From Candidatus Woesebacteria bacterium (GTDB taxonomy: Bacteria > Patescibacteriota > Microgenomatia > UBA1406 > GWC2-37-13), in NCBI GenBank assembly GCA_020429045.1, contig JAGQLS010000006.1:11993-75992 (forward strand): DNA of 64,000 bases, written 5' to 3'. A program made the translations under genes and the position numbers. Positions 63,569 to 64,000 of this stretch are shown in pieces; the stretch's first letter is position 1, and the number at the start of each line of letters is the position of its first letter. The notes under the pieces were generated by a model. It made no database searches and was not told where the DNA came from. It saw only the letters and a program-made list of their open reading frames with translations.

Positions 63569-63658
63569 TGGCGGAAGGGGCGGGATTCGAACCCGCGGTG
63601 AAGTCTCCTCCACACACGCTTTCCAGGCGTGCCCGATCGGCCACTCCGGCACCCTTCC
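63569..63658 (-). tRNA. tRNA-Ser (anticodon GGA), long variable arm, CCA encoded
   Basis: Acceptor GGAAGGG/CCCTTCC, anticodon stem CACGC/GCGTG with loop CTGGAAA, long variable arm TGTGGAGGAGACTTCACC, T arm GCGGG-TTCGAAT-CCCGC, 3' GCCA. Confidence 0.9.
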
Positions 63659-63965
63659 TTATAAACATGTACAATGCGCTAATGTTCCAATTGTATCAAA
63701 CTTTCCACTTCGCCGATAATGAATATATTTGTAGGTGCAAATATGTTTTAATACAACTTAATTGCAATAACAATTATTTTTAGAACAGAAAATTAGATAC
63801 TAATGCAACTAAGTATATTTAAGACAAAGAATAAACACATACATTCCTGGCACATCAAAGCATAAAGGTGTACGCACAAACATATTTACACTGTTTACAT
63901 TCTCTATGCAAAGTCAATTAACGCACAACCACATGATATAATTGGAGTTACAAGTTATATGCAAT

Positions 63966-64000
63966 GCCGCGGTGGCGGAACTGGCAGACGCGCACGGCTT
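63966..64000 (+). tRNA. 5' part of a type-II tRNA (Leu-like), truncated by the window edge
   Basis: GCCGCGGTGGCGGAACTGGCAGACGCGCACGGCTT matches the GTGGCGGAAxTGGxAGACGCGC D-arm pattern of tRNA-Leu. The anticodon lies outside the window. Confidence 0.55.

Overview
Dense, streamlined bacterial chromosome segment: about 75 protein genes, mostly on the minus strand, with short spacers and several 4- or 8-nt start/stop overlaps. The content looks like a reduced-genome, fermentative Patescibacteria/CPR-type organism. That placement is an inference from gene content only (trimmed operons, GT39 membrane glycosyltransferase, ADP-forming acetyl-CoA synthetase, short EF-Ts and DnaX, many small membrane-anchored orphans). 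Housekeeping backbone: rpsF-ssb-rpsR, cysS, rnj, recR, prs, ybaB, dnaX, ybeY-like, rpsU, proS, rseP-frr-tsf-rpsB, galU, tmk, hflX, tRNA-Pro(CGG), tRNA-Ser(GGA) and a partial tRNA at the right edge. Accessory content: a three-gene ABC-2 exporter, an OmpR/HisKA two-component pair beside a secreted helical protein, two orphan MurF-like ligases, a SET-domain protein next to a QueC-like PP-loop protein, a GspS-like/permuted ATP-grasp protein, a Cys-rich secreted repeat protein, and several visibly AT-richer orphan ORFs. The most unusual signals are not ordinary genes. (1) A modular intergenic repeat family occurs in at least seven spacers. Two oppositely oriented copies share a perfect 67-bp core and bracket recR-orphan-prs, so flipping that segment would restore the canonical dnaX-ybaB-recR operon. 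(2) Two genes are each broken at an A6 homopolymer where A7 would restore the frame, and cysS carries an in-frame A16 tract. (3) There are two ORF-free structured regions: a stem-loop leader or sRNA ending in a clean intrinsic terminator at 12.3 kb, and a palindrome-rich spacer of about 400 bp at 52.0-52.4 kb. (4) A 444-aa orphan has a C-terminal region resembling the RelA/SpoT nucleotidyltransferase motif series. No CRISPR array, transposase, integrase, rRNA or recognisable prophage was seen. All calls rest on reading the sequence and ORF translations by eye; no searches were run.
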